Below are positions 47,100 through 58,000 of a DNA stretch of 64,000 bases, one piece after another. Made by a program: the position numbers and the translations under genes. The stretch covers positions 32,001-96,000 of the forward strand of contig JBPOGI010000004.1 in the NCBI GenBank assembly GCA_051251855.1, written 5' to 3'. The notes below the pieces were generated by a model. It made no database searches, had not been told where the DNA came from, and saw only the letters and a list, made by a program, of their open reading frames with translations. This DNA is from Roseibacillus sp. (GTDB lineage: Bacteria; Verrucomicrobiota; Verrucomicrobiia; Verrucomicrobiales; Akkermansiaceae). How positions within the stretch are numbered: the stretch's first letter is position 1; every line of letters begins with the position of its first letter.

Positions 47100-48527
47100 A
47101 TGATCCATCAAATCTGCTCCCGCCCCATCTCAAGCGCTTCTAGCCGTCGCGAGTTCCTCTACGGCCTCGGTGCCAGCCTTGGCTCCGTCGCCATGACCGA
47201 CATGCTCGCCAAAGACGCGGCTCCTTCGATGTTGCAAAATCCATTGGCACCTCAGTCTCCGCTCAACCCCGCCAAAGCCAAGAACGTCATCATGCTCTTC
47301 ATGGAAGGCGGTCCTGGCCACATGGATACTTTCGACCCCAAGCCTAAACTCACCCAGCTCCACAAAACCGAATCCCAACTTGGTGGTTCCCTTCACACCG
47401 GCTTCAAATTCTTCGTTGGCAGCCCCTTCGGCTTCTCCAAAGTCGGCCAATCCGGCATCGAAATGTGTGACGAGTTCCAATACCTCCGCGACCCTGAAAT
47501 CGTGGACGAGCTTTGCAACTACCGCGGTTGCCAAGCTGAATCCCTCAACCACCCCGAAGCCCTCTTCCACATGAACACCGGCAGCCGACTCGGCGCCGAC
47601 CCCGCTTTGGGTGCATGGGCGACCTACGGCTTGGGCAGTAGTAACCAAAACCTTCCCGGCTACGTCGTCATGACCGAGAACGCCCTCCCCCAAGGTGGCT
47701 CTCGCAACTGGTCCAACGGCTTCCTCCCCGCCTACCACCAAGGCACCGCCCTCCGCCCCACCGGCTCCCCCATCCTCGACCTCGACTCTCAAAGCTACAA
47801 AAGCCGCGCCCATCAGCGCGCCGCCCTCGACGCTCTTGGCTATCTTAATAAAGAGCACGCCAACCAACACCCCGAGCACGCCGACCTCATGGCCCGCATC
47901 GAGTCCTATGAACTCGCCCACCGCATGCAAATGGAGGTTCCCGATGTCGTCGCCATTGATGACGAGCCCGAATACATGAAGGAAATGTATGGCCTCAACG
48001 AAGACCACACCGCCGACTTCGGTCGCCAATGCCTCATGGCTCGACGCCTCGTCGAAAAAGGAACTCGCTTCGTGCAAATCTTCTCCGGTGGCTGGGACAG
48101 CCACGACTACCTCGAACGCGGTCACAGCTCCCGCATCAAGAGTGTCGACCGTCCCATGGCCGCCCTCATCAAAGACCTTAAGCAACGCGGAATGCTCGAA
48201 GACACTCTCGTCATCTGGACCGGCGAATTCGGCCGCACCCCTGACAACAACAAACGCGGCGGAGTCTACTCCATCGGTCGCGGTCACAACGCCAACGCCA
48301 TGTCCATGATGATGGCCGGTGGCGGTGTCAAACCCGGAGCCATCGTCGGGGCCACCGACGAACTCGGCGCCGAAGCCGTCGATGTCAAACACCCCATCCG
48401 CGACTTCCACTGCACCCTTCTCCATCTGTTAGGACTCGACGACAACAAGCTCACCTACTTCCACGCCGGTCGCTACAAACAACTCAGTCAATTCGGAGGC
48501 AAAGTCATCACCGAGCTACTCGCGTAA
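47100..48527 (+). CDS. DUF1501 protein (Tat-exported, sulfatase-like)
   Basis: ATG 47100; SRREFL twin-arginine, KAKNVIMLFMEGGPGHMDTFDPKP, ARRLVEKG, WDSH, GEFGRTP, GATDELG. Confidence 0.93.
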   Translation: MIHQICSRPISSASSRREFLYGLGASLGSVAMTDMLAKDAAPSMLQNPLAPQSPLNPAKAKNVIMLFMEGGPGHMDTFDPKPKLTQLHKTESQLGGSLHTGFKFFVGSPFGFSKVGQSGIEMCDEFQYLRDPEIVDELCNYRGCQAESLNHPEALFHMNTGSRLGADPALGAWATYGLGSSNQNLPGYVVMTENALPQGGSRNWSNGFLPAYHQGTALRPTGSPILDLDSQSYKSRAHQRAALDALGYLNKEHANQHPEHADLMARIESYELAHRMQMEVPDVVAIDDEPEYMKEMYGLNEDHTADFGRQCLMARRLVEKGTRFVQIFSGGWDSHDYLERGHSSRIKSVDRPMAALIKDLKQRGMLEDTLVIWTGEFGRTPDNNKRGGVYSIGRGHNANAMSMMMAGGGVKPGAIVGATDELGAEAVDVKHPIRDFHCTLLHLLGLDDNKLTYFHAGRYKQLSQFGGKVITELLA

Positions 48528-48539
48528 AGAAAGTCGAAC

Positions 48540-48702
48540 GGCACTTCAATCGTGGCGTTGCCCTCTGGGCCACGAAGGTCAACCCCGGCATCCTGCCGGG
48601 GTCCAATTCTACTTCAACCGAGACGGCTGAAGGCACCTTCGCGGACAAGAGGCCCACGCCACTTTGAGATGCCACCAGTTGAGGGCAGCCCCTCACGGGC
48701 TC
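48540..48702 (-). ncRNA. Candidate structured non-coding RNA (long irregular stem capped by a two-hairpin junction)
   Basis: Minus-strand pairings GGCAU/GUGCC, UCAA/UUGA, GUGGCGU/ACGCCAC, CCUCU/AGAGG, CCGCGAAGGU/ACCUUCGUGG enclose CUUCAGCCG/CGGUUGAAG and GACCCCGGCA/UGCCGGGGUU. Most mismatches become G-U only on the minus strand. Confidence 0.6.
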
Positions 48703-48737
48703 TTCATTTTTAGTCCGCCCAACTGAGCCGATCCCAC

Positions 48738-48768
48738 AAAAAAAGAAGCGACACCCCTGCCGCTTCTT
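48738..48768 (-). terminator. Intrinsic terminator after the hypothetical membrane gene
   Basis: Minus strand AAGAAGCGGCA-GGGG-TGTCGCTTCTT followed by a T-run. Confidence 0.8.
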
Positions 48769-48791
48769 GCACGTTGTTAGAATCCTTCCCA

Positions 48792-49403
48792 CTAAGCTGT
48801 AGCCTCACTCGTCGAGGCTTTCTTGCTCACTTTCTTCGCCATCCCATCAGCGGCGAGACGTTCCTGTCTCACGCCATGGAAGTAAAGAATCAGCGCGAAC
48901 ACCGCACCCACTCCTACCGAAGAAATCACCGCCAGCGGACGGTCCACAAAGGAATCCGCCCCTATCGGAATCGTCATCACCACCGGCAAAGCCAGCAGCG
49001 CGAATCCTGCCACCAAGGCATCGTTGAGAGTCTCGGTCACACTCCAACCACCGCCTTTGATACCGACCCAGAGCTTACCCAGAATCAATTGACCTAGGTG
49101 GCTTCCAAAGAGAGCCACTCCCGCCGCCACCAGCACCCAGTTGATCCAGGGAAGGTGAAACATCTCCACCTTGTCGATCCACTCCAGCATCGAAGCCGCC
49201 GTCTCGCGACCTTCCGGGGTCTCCGCCAGCTCCGTGAGTCGCGACGAAACCGCCTCATACTCACTCACCACCGCACCACCGACATCGATTCCTGCACCAC
49301 CGGAAGCTTCTTCAGCTCCCGCCGACACTTCCTGCGCGTTAAGACCTACCGCACCACCCCCAGCAAATGCCGAGGCCAATAATTTTACTTTGTTGTTCAT
49401 CAT
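48792..49403 (-). CDS. Hypothetical membrane protein (signal peptide plus about 4 TM)
   Basis: ATG 49403 after AAAGGA; MMNNKVKLLASAFAGG...; hydrophobic C-half. Confidence 0.7.
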   Translation of the reverse strand: MMNNKVKLLASAFAGGGAVGLNAQEVSAGAEEASGGAGIDVGGAVVSEYEAVSSRLTELAETPEGRETAASMLEWIDKVEMFHLPWINWVLVAAGVALFGSHLGQLILGKLWVGIKGGGWSVTETLNDALVAGFALLALPVVMTIPIGADSFVDRPLAVISSVGVGAVFALILYFHGVRQERLAADGMAKKVSKKASTSEATA

Positions 49404-49600
49404 GTTGTTGTCCTTTCGGATGCCAACAGCAAACACCACCTCCCAAAAACCGCCCATTATAACCGGATGCTACTTTTCTAAACGCCCCTCAAGCTTATTA
49501 AAAGCCCACCTCATTTGAGCTCTGAACAGACACACCTCTCCCTTCAGGTCACAACCCCGAATTGCAAAGCAACTCATTTCACGCCACCCTCCAATCAAGC

Positions 49601-50194
49601 ATGAATCGCCAACAATTCCTCCGCAGATTTCCCCTCATGGCTGCACCGTTAGCTCTCCCCTCTTGTTCTGGCCTCAATAACTTGGCCAATCTCGCTCTGC
49701 AGAGCAACTATCTCGTAAACTCCAGCTCCCTTTTATCGCGCCTCCTTCCTCACTTTCCCTTCAACCGCCAGTACTCCGGCATTGGACAAGTGAGCCTGAG
49801 CCAACCTTCCCTCGCGATGGTTCCAGAACAGAACAAGGTCCGCCTCGGCCTCACCGCCAACGCAGGCTTAGCGAACCAACTGAGCCAACAGACCGGCCTC
49901 AGCATCCTCAATGATATCGCCGGTCGCTCGACCTCTGGCACTTGCCAACTCGCCTGCGGCCTCCGGTTTAATCCAGCTGACAATGGAATCTATCTCAAGG
50001 AGCCTGTTCTGGAGGAGCTCAATCTTCAAGGTCTCGCGAGCAGCTACACCGAACCAGCTCGCGGCCTCATCAACCTCATCGGCCCGCAGATTCTCGATAA
50101 ATACCCCGTCCACACCCTCGAACCCTCCTTTACTACCCGCGCGCTCTCAAGTCTTGCCGTGAAGAAAAACGGACTTCTCCTCGACTTCCTATAG
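49601..50194 (+). CDS. DUF1439 (YceB-like) lipoprotein
   Basis: ATG 49601; LALPSC lipobox; HFPF, LRFNPADNGIYLKEP, YPVHTL. Confidence 0.7.
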   Translation: MNRQQFLRRFPLMAAPLALPSCSGLNNLANLALQSNYLVNSSSLLSRLLPHFPFNRQYSGIGQVSLSQPSLAMVPEQNKVRLGLTANAGLANQLSQQTGLSILNDIAGRSTSGTCQLACGLRFNPADNGIYLKEPVLEELNLQGLASSYTEPARGLINLIGPQILDKYPVHTLEPSFTTRALSSLAVKKNGLLLDFL

Positions 50195-50302
50195 TCTACT
50201 GGAAGAGATGCGCGAAAACGAAGGCAACCAAGAAAGAAGGCAAGGTGGATAGATGCTAGATTCGCGATTTTATCGTGGATTTCGAAACTCTTGCCTCCGC
50301 CC

Positions 50303-51343
50303 TCAGAGGTCATCCAAAACTTCACAGGACATTCTTTCACTATAGCTGTTCAACTTCCAATGAGTCGGACACCAGCCTTTAAGGAAACGATGAAAATCGG
50401 TCCAAGCATACGGATAAAGGCTCCGCCATTCAGTAATGAGGGCCGCAGGGTCCAAGGTGGACCGACGACGTGAGAGAGCTTTTGTGAGAAAAGAAAAGTA
50501 GCTATCGAGAAGTTCACTTTCTTGTTGCTCGATGGCCTCCTCGTCGAGGCAACTGCCGAGAAAGTAAGCGACATCTTTCATACCGCAACCCCCACCGACG
50601 TATTGAAAATCGAGGGCAGCGACTTGGTCGCCATTTTGGGAGAAGCAGAAATTGGCAAGTTTAGCGTCGCCGTGAACAAGGGTTTGGTATCGTGCTTCGC
50701 TGAGGGCCGCGTCAATGGCGGGGGCGGCAGCTTTGAGAGCCTCATCATCTAGAGCAACGAGTTCATCAGGACGGGTAGCGAGGTGCCAGTAGGTTCCTGT
50801 TTCCCAGAGACCAGCAGGTGGAGAAGGATTCTCTTGCAGAAAGGTCGCGTGAAATTCCGCGAGCCATTTCAGGCAGAGGTTCACTTGCTCAAAGGTGAGA
50901 GAAGTAAGTCGGTTAGGAAAACCCGAGGCGTCAAGGTCTTCTAGCAAGAGGAGGGTTTGTTCCCCGTCTTGTAGGCTCCCTAGGAGCTGAGGAGTACGGC
51001 AATGGGCATCGCAGGCTCCGTTTTGGTTTTGGTAGAAGTGACTTTCCACCTCATAGGACCGAACTTTTCGTTGATGGGAAAGATTAGTGCTCCAGCCTCG
51101 GGGGTGATGGGCCTTGTAGGGAAGGTCGATGAATTTAGCGACAACGGTTTGATGTTCACAACCATGCAGACGAAGACGAAGGATCTGACCGTAGCCGCTC
51201 CAAAGTTCTTGCATCACCTCTTCAACTTCGAAGCGAGATGCGCCAGTGACTTCCTGGATGAAGGTCGAGAATGGAGGGTCGGTAACGATAGGAGTATAAG
51301 ATTTATGAAGAATTTTTCGATCCGGCAGGACGAGTGCGGGCAC
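50303..51343 (-). CDS. APH/choline/ecdysteroid-kinase-like phosphotransferase (start uncertain)
   Basis: [58 protein letters not shown]. Nearest upstream canonical in-frame start is GTG 51343. Confidence 0.85.
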   Translation of the reverse strand: MPALVLPDRKILHKSYTPIVTDPPFSTFIQEVTGASRFEVEEVMQELWSGYGQILRLRLHGCEHQTVVAKFIDLPYKAHHPRGWSTNLSHQRKVRSYEVESHFYQNQNGACDAHCRTPQLLGSLQDGEQTLLLLEDLDASGFPNRLTSLTFEQVNLCLKWLAEFHATFLQENPSPPAGLWETGTYWHLATRPDELVALDDEALKAAAPAIDAALSEARYQTLVHGDAKLANFCFSQNGDQVAALDFQYVGGGCGMKDVAYFLGSCLDEEAIEQQESELLDSYFSFLTKALSRRRSTLDPAALITEWRSLYPYAWTDFHRFLKGWCPTHWKLNSYSERMSCEVLDDL

Positions 51344-52550
51344 TCGCGGTCCGGCTAACAGCGATGACGAGGGGGATGAGGACAACCAAGGTTTCCCAGC
51401 GAGCGAGGCTGAGTGCTGTGAAAATTTGGCCACCGTCGAACAAGCAAGCAACGAGGCCAAACACGACCAGAGAAAGCTCGGGAGTGCGACGGATTTTCCA
51501 AAGAGCTGAGACCAAAACGACTCCAAGGACCGCCGTCCCTAAAAATCCGTATCCAACCAGTTGTCCTAAATATGCACTGTGAGGATGGTGCACCACCCAA
51601 CCGAGTTCCTCGGGAGGCAGACTGGGAACATGACCTTTGCCCACAATCCAGTCCGAAACCGAAAGCTGTGAAAGATACTCTCGATAAACATCGGTCCGGC
51701 CAGCAGAACCGCGATTGACGAGATCTCCCCCGCCCGCTTGCCCCATGCGGAGAGCTAGGAACCAATAGACGAGAAAGCCCGCGAACGAGGCCAGCAGGCT
51801 TTGCAGCGTGTGAATAGGAACCACACGCAGCTGAAAAGGACTCTTCTCGAAAAAGGCGCCTTTCGCGAAATGGACCGCACCTGCTACCACGACAGCAAGA
51901 AGCGCCCCTCTCGACTCACTCGCTGCCAAGGTGAACCCAAGCACGAGCAGAACTAAATAACGCACCCAAGCTGGAATCTTATCATGGCGAGCCCATGGCC
52001 CCCAACCAGCTACGAGAGCAAATCCAATCAGAATCCCCGTCGTCACCGCATTGAAACCAGGCTCGTAACGCCAGACCAGTCGAAAGCGCTGTTCCGAAAT
52101 CGCATACTGTTGATAAAAGAGCACCAGACTCACCACCACGGCGAGGGAGGCCATGGCGACTGCCGAGAGCCAGAGGCGATTGCGAGAAGGAGGGCTATTT
52201 CCAATGAGAGCCAAAGTGCTGATGATAACAGTCAGCACGACGAAGTCTTTCCCGCTACCGGCCCCGCCCCACCAATCACCAGTTCGAAATCCCGTGACCC
52301 AGAATTGCCACTCAATGAGCGAGAAGAGACCAAACCACCAAAGGTTCTTGTGGATACCGCCCCCGAAGTGGCCAAACCACTCTTTCCAAAGCGGCCAGAT
52401 GCGATCGGCATTGAGCGCGAAGGAAGGAAGAACTACCCATTGCAACCAGAGGTCATGCTCCCAGCGGCCGCGCGCCCACCAGAATCCCGTCACCCAACCC
52501 ATGAGGGCGAGGTTCAGGAGCCGTAGGCGCCAGTGGGAGGAAGTGCTCAA
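51303..52550 (-). CDS. O-antigen ligase (Wzy_C) family membrane protein
   Basis: About 10 [42 protein letters not shown]. Confidence 0.8.
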   Translation of the reverse strand: MSTSSHWRLRLLNLALMGWVTGFWWARGRWEHDLWLQWVVLPSFALNADRIWPLWKEWFGHFGGGIHKNLWWFGLFSLIEWQFWVTGFRTGDWWGGAGSGKDFVVLTVIISTLALIGNSPPSRNRLWLSAVAMASLAVVVSLVLFYQQYAISEQRFRLVWRYEPGFNAVTTGILIGFALVAGWGPWARHDKIPAWVRYLVLLVLGFTLAASESRGALLAVVVAGAVHFAKGAFFEKSPFQLRVVPIHTLQSLLASFAGFLVYWFLALRMGQAGGGDLVNRGSAGRTDVYREYLSQLSVSDWIVGKGHVPSLPPEELGWVVHHPHSAYLGQLVGYGFLGTAVLGVVLVSALWKIRRTPELSLVVFGLVACLFDGGQIFTALSLARWETLVVLIPLVIAVSRTASARTRPAGSKNSS

Positions 52551-52553
52551 AAT

Positions 52554-52617
52554 GGAGCAAGGACATTCCTGTCCTTGAGAGAGGATATGGACTCAGGGAC
52601 AGGAATGTCCCTGCTCC
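52554..52617. repeat. REP/REPIN-like inverted doublet, copy 2
   Basis: GGAGCAAGGACATTCCTGTCCTTG...CAGGGACAGGAATGTCCCTGCTCC; different spacer from copy 1. Confidence 0.85.
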
Positions 52618-52618
52618 C

Positions 52619-53299
52619 TTAAAATTCGCGAATCTTGAGGTTGCGGTAGGAGACCACGTCACCGTGATCCTGCAATTGGAGATAGCCCCGTGCATTCACG
52701 CCGAAGCCTTCGGTCTTCTTGTATTTACTCTTACCAAAGCGCTCCTTCCATTCTTCAGAAGGAATCTCAAGACGCACTACTTCCTCACCATTCAAGAAGT
52801 GGGTGACCACTCCGTCTTTCACCATGATACGACTTTGATTCCACTCTCCAACAGCCTTCAAGACCTTGGCCTCACTCGCAGGCTTCAAGTCATAGAGCGC
52901 TGCCGATTGCCGGATAGGTCCATTCTTACCATCGGGATGACTCGTGTCGTCAAGAACCTGATACTCCAATCCTAGCCACTTACCATCGAACTTGGTCAGG
53001 CGATACTTCACCCCCGAGTTCCCTTTCTCCGATATCTTCCACTCGAAGGAAAAATCAAAATCACCATAGTCCTTTGCCGAATGAAGCGAGCCGGATCCCC
53101 CCGACTTTCGAGTGAGCTCTCCGCCTTCCGCCACCCAATTGCCTTCCTCGACAGCTTCTCCCTTTCCGTTGGTCCAACCTGCTAAAGTCTCGCCATCAAA
53201 GAGCGACTGCCAAACCGCCTCATCCGACTTTTCTTCTGCCATACCAAAGGAGCTGGCGACCATCAACGCAAAGAGACCGTGTTTCATCATGAGCTTCAT
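52619..53299 (-). CDS. DUF1080 (3-keto-disaccharide hydrolase-like) secreted protein
   Basis: WQSLFDGETLAGW, GNSGVKY, EYQVLDD, GEWN, LQDHG..V.YRNLKI. Confidence 0.92.
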   Translation of the reverse strand: MKLMMKHGLFALMVASSFGMAEEKSDEAVWQSLFDGETLAGWTNGKGEAVEEGNWVAEGGELTRKSGGSGSLHSAKDYGDFDFSFEWKISEKGNSGVKYRLTKFDGKWLGLEYQVLDDTSHPDGKNGPIRQSAALYDLKPASEAKVLKAVGEWNQSRIMVKDGVVTHFLNGEEVVRLEIPSEEWKERFGKSKYKKTEGFGVNARGYLQLQDHGDVVSYRNLKIREF

Positions 53300-53413
53300 A
53301 CCCTAAGAATGCCAGCTACCTATCGAACGAAAACAAAAATCATCTCGATTTCACAGAGGCGAGCAACCAGCCTTCCGTGCAAGAAACCAGCGCGAGAGAA
53401 GTAAGGTATACCT

Positions 53414-54814
53414 ATGAATCCCTTTCTTGCGGCCCTGCTAACAGCACTGCTTTCTCTGAGCTGCCGAGCGGCGGTCGAAACTGTCTCCGAACTGGTTTCT
53501 GCCGTGGAGTCAGCAGCGGCCACCCCCGAAGCATCCACTATCGAACTGGCAGAGGGGACTTTCCAGCTTTCAGAGCCATTACTTTTAAAGAGTGGAATCC
53601 ACCTGCAAGGCGCTGGCGAAGGAAAGACGATCATCACACACAGGCCTGAGTGGAAAGGCAACCCCGCAACCCTCCCCGACCCCGAGCTCAACTTCAGTGA
53701 GTTCGACAAGACAGGCTACCTGATTCATCTCACCGATAAGGCCGCTGATATCGAGATCTCCCACCTCACTTTGACCGGCCCCCAATTGCACGGCGCCATC
53801 TATGGCTGGAACAATTCCAACCTTCACCTTCATCACCTACACTTGGAGGATTTTCTCTACAGCGGTTTTCGTTCCTACTCCACCAGCCAGGCACTTATCG
53901 AGCATTGCACCTTTGTCGATACCGGACAGCGCTGGCAAAAAGGCAAACCCGGCATCGATGGCGGCATTACCGGAGGAGCTATTTTCGTAATCTGGATCAA
54001 AGATAGCAAAATTTGCCACAACCGCTTTCTCAGAACGAAGACCGCTCCCAACGAGCACTACTACGGAATCAAAGGACGACAAGGAAGGCGCCTCAACATT
54101 CATCACAATACCATTGAGGCAAATTTCGCCATCGAGTTCCCCTTCGAGAATGACCAGGACGTGGAAATTCATCACAACATCTGCCGAGGTGTCATTTCGA
54201 TTCCGAAACATGAAGGTGGCCCCGTCCCCGAAAGTGGACGCACCTTTCATATTCACCACAACTACTTCACCACCTCCTATGCCATCGAGTTCCCGCGTAA
54301 TGGGGTCGAAATTAACCACAACCTCTTCGACTTTCCCCTCGATGACGACAGCGGCAATTTAATCTCGGCCTTTGGAGGGAAACCTTCACCTGGTCCGGCG
54401 AGCTTTCATAATAACCTCGTGAGCAATCCCGGCCGCGGGGTGATGTGGCTGGAACGCTCCTTCGGCCACCTGGAAATTCGAAACAATCACATCATCACCC
54501 GCACTACCGCCACTCCACGGAAGGACGGACTCTTTGGCTTCGATGAAGGCAGTGATTTCAGCAACATCACCGTTCGCGACAACCTTGTGAAGTGTATCGG
54601 CCAAAGTCGCCCCCTGATGCGCAACGACGAAAGCGGTCAAGCCACGATTGAAAACAACCAGCTCATCAATGTCAGCGACACTGACCGATACCAAAATCCT
54701 CCGAAAAAGCGAACCGTCGGCCTTCAGGACCCCTTAAAGTTTCAATGTGGAGTTAATGATGAGCTCACCATCACCGGATGGGAAAAATCACTTGTAATCA
54801 ATAAGTTACCGTAA
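53414..54814 (+). CDS. Secreted right-handed parallel beta-helix protein
   Basis: Signal peptide; TIELAEGTF, LQGAGEGKTII, repeated IHHN/INHN/FHNN stacks. Confidence 0.8.
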   Translation: MNPFLAALLTALLSLSCRAAVETVSELVSAVESAAATPEASTIELAEGTFQLSEPLLLKSGIHLQGAGEGKTIITHRPEWKGNPATLPDPELNFSEFDKTGYLIHLTDKAADIEISHLTLTGPQLHGAIYGWNNSNLHLHHLHLEDFLYSGFRSYSTSQALIEHCTFVDTGQRWQKGKPGIDGGITGGAIFVIWIKDSKICHNRFLRTKTAPNEHYYGIKGRQGRRLNIHHNTIEANFAIEFPFENDQDVEIHHNICRGVISIPKHEGGPVPESGRTFHIHHNYFTTSYAIEFPRNGVEINHNLFDFPLDDDSGNLISAFGGKPSPGPASFHNNLVSNPGRGVMWLERSFGHLEIRNNHIITRTTATPRKDGLFGFDEGSDFSNITVRDNLVKCIGQSRPLMRNDESGQATIENNQLINVSDTDRYQNPPKKRTVGLQDPLKFQCGVNDELTITGWEKSLVINKLP

Positions 54815-55016
54815 CAAAAACCCCTTTTACAGAGACCAGACAGCAGCAGAATATTGACTTCAGAGGCATTGTTTTTAAAAATACCGTAATATCAGCGTAT
54901 TTTCTTTAAAAATTAGTTGTTTGGCTTACTGAATTTTTATAAAGTGGCCGCCCTTTCGGGCACAGCTCACGCTCTTGCCCGAAGGAAAACTGTTCCTCTG
55001 ATTATCCCCAGTTCCT

Positions 55017-58000
55017 ATGTTCAAACTCTGCACCTTTGTGCTCTGCACGATCCTGCCCGCTCTCGAATGCGCCGCCGCAACGGCCCAATTCACGAATCCG
55101 AGCGCTGTCTCCAGCGATGCGGACGGCAACAATAGCGCACCTTGGGCAACTGACGGAGTAACCGCAGTAAGTCTTCAGTTTGATACCAGCGCCCTCATCC
55201 CCGCGGGAGCGACAATCAACTCGATTACCGTGAGAACCAACGGCACCGCGGTAGCACCAAGCTATCGCAGCGAAATCGATCTCACCATCACCGATCCTTC
55301 TGGTAATATCGCAAGCTGGGACTTCGGGACCGATTTGATCTTTCCCAATAGCGCTGGCAGCTGGGATAGTGGCAACCTGACCGCCAGCGGCTTATCGGGC
55401 GATGCTTCAGGAATTTTCACTTTCGCATTTAGCGAAGACTACAACGACACCGGAAATGACAACAGCATCGCAGCAGTGACATTGACGGTCGATTACACCT
55501 CCCCCACCTCCACTCTTTCTGCACCTATTGGAGCCTATCTCAACGGTATCATGCCCGTAACTGATCCGACCAATGGAGGGGCTCAACCACCCGCAACTCT
55601 CTCTGCCACTGGAGCCTTCAGTAATTTAGCCAGTCTCACCGTAGCTTCGGGCCTTGTTCCCTATGAAGTCAACTCCCCCCTCTGGTCTGACGGGGCCAGT
55701 AAGAAGCGCTGGATTGCCATACCATCTGACGGCAACCGTAACAGCGCTGGCGAGCAAGTGGTCTTCAACCCCGACGCTCCCTGGACCTTTCCGGTAGGCA
55801 CCGTGGCAGTGAAGCACTTTGAACTCTCTACCAACGCGAACAATCCCAACGAACTCCGCCGCCTTGAGACCCGCTTTCTGGTAGCCATTGGCAACGGAGA
55901 TTTCTACGGTGTCTCCTACCGCTGGCGTGCTGATGGCAGTGAGGCCGACCTTCTGCCGGACGGAGCCAGCGACACGATCAACATCACCAACGCGGATGGC
56001 TCTATCAGCAGCCAAACTTGGGACTATCCCGGTCGTCAAGATTGCCGCTCTTGCCACAATTTAGGCTCAGGTGTCTTTCTCGGAGTGAACACTTGGCAGC
56101 TCAACGGCAACATCACTTACCCCGGTGGCGGCTCCCTTCAGAATCAACTCGAAGCTTGGAATGACGAGAACCTTTTCACCACTAGTATCCAACCCGCTGC
56201 AAACTACTCCGCTGGAGTTGATGTCGAAGATGCCACCGCTTCTCTCGAACAACGCATGCGTTCCTATCTCGCGGCGAACTGCTCCAATTGTCACAACCCA
56301 GCCAGTGGCCTCAATACCGGTTTCGACCTCCGCTTTTCGACCTCATTGCCAAATACCGGTCTTATCTACGGCTCCTTGCTCTATGACCTTGGCATCAGTG
56401 GAGCTCACGTCATCACCCCGCAGGATCCTGCTAGAAGTATTCTCTATCGGCGCATGGACACCGTCGACGTCCACAGAATGCCACCTATCGGCCGAAACCT
56501 GATCCATACCGAAGCAGTTACAACGCTGAACCAGTGGATCATGACTCTCAATACTTCCACTGGCGGAAACTCGAATCCTCCCCTCGCCAACGATGATGAA
56601 GGTCTCACCCAGACCGGCAATTCAGTGGCCATCAATGCCTTTGCCAATGACAGCGATGTCGATGGCGACTCGTTCTCTCTCTTGCAAGCCAGCACGCCTG
56701 CCAATGGGTCCACATCATGGGCAAGCAATGGTGTGGTGACCTACACTCCTGCCAACGGCTTCATTGGAAACGACCAGTTCACCTACCAAATCTCGGACAC
56801 CACAGGCTCAGCCTCGCAGGCGGCCACCATTCGCGTCGTAGTGACCGCAGCCAGTTCTTCGAACTCCATCACCTTCTCTAACAGTTCCAACCTTCTTGCG
56901 GACCCAACCTCATACAGCGGAGTCGCGATGGGCGTTGTTGACATGAACCAAGACGGACGCGACGACATCATTCGCCTTCGCAATGCCAAGAATCTCTTCG
57001 TCGACTACCAGAACGCGAACGGCACCTTCAGCTCCCTTTCACTTGGCGCTCCCAGCAGCACCAACCAATGGGGACTCGCCGTGGGCGACACCGATAACAA
57101 CGGCTATCCCGACATCATCTCGGGTGGCTACTTCGACGGCCTCCACTACCAGCGCTCTAACAGCTCCGGAACCTCTTTTGCCAAAAGCACCCTCAGCAGC
57201 CCGACCGTTTTCCTTCAAGCGGTGAGCTTCGCCGACATCAACAACGATGGCTGGCTCGACCTCTTCCCCCTCCACGATGTCGGCAGCAACCCTCCCTTCC
57301 GCAACACCGGTAACGGCGGCCTCGTCTACGACCCCTCTCTCATTAATACCGCCACCTCCCCTGCCAGTGACAACTCAGGAAACTACGGCATCGTCTGGAC
57401 CGACTACGACGGAGATGGCGATATCGACATGTATATTTCCAAGTGCCGTGGTGGCGTGAGTAGCCGCACCGATCCACGACGTATCAATCAACTCTTCCGC
57501 AACAACGGCAATGGCAGCTTCACAGAAGTGGCGGCCGCAGCCGGTCTCGCTGACGGAGCGCAAAGCTGGACCGCTGACTTTGCCGATATCGATAACGACG
57601 GCGACCTCGATTGCTTTATCGGAAATCATGGCGAAGCGAGCCGTATGATGCGTAACAATGGCAACGGCACCTTTACCGAAGTCACCTCAACCAGCGGTAT
57701 CAGCGTGAACTGGAACGTGATTCAGTCCATCTTCCGCGACTTTAACAACGACGGCTGGATCGACCTCCTACTCACCGGAGCTCAGCAAGGCATCTGGATG
57801 AACGACCGTGACGGGACCTTCACCCAAATCAGTAATCCCTTTACCTCATCCGCCATGGAATCAGCCGCCGTAGGTGATTTGAACCGGGATGGCTTCCCTG
57901 ATATCTATGCGGGTTACGCTCGGCTCTACAACACTCCCCAATCGACGAAACCTGACCAACTCTTCCTTTCTAACAACAACGGAAATGGCTTTCTCTCCGT

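Noticed and set aside
48660..48702. Cobalamin riboswitch or group II intron domain V
   Set aside because: Only superficial similarity (GCUGCCCUCAACUG, GAGCC); the B12 box and DV/DVI structure are absent, and there is no downstream gene on that strand.
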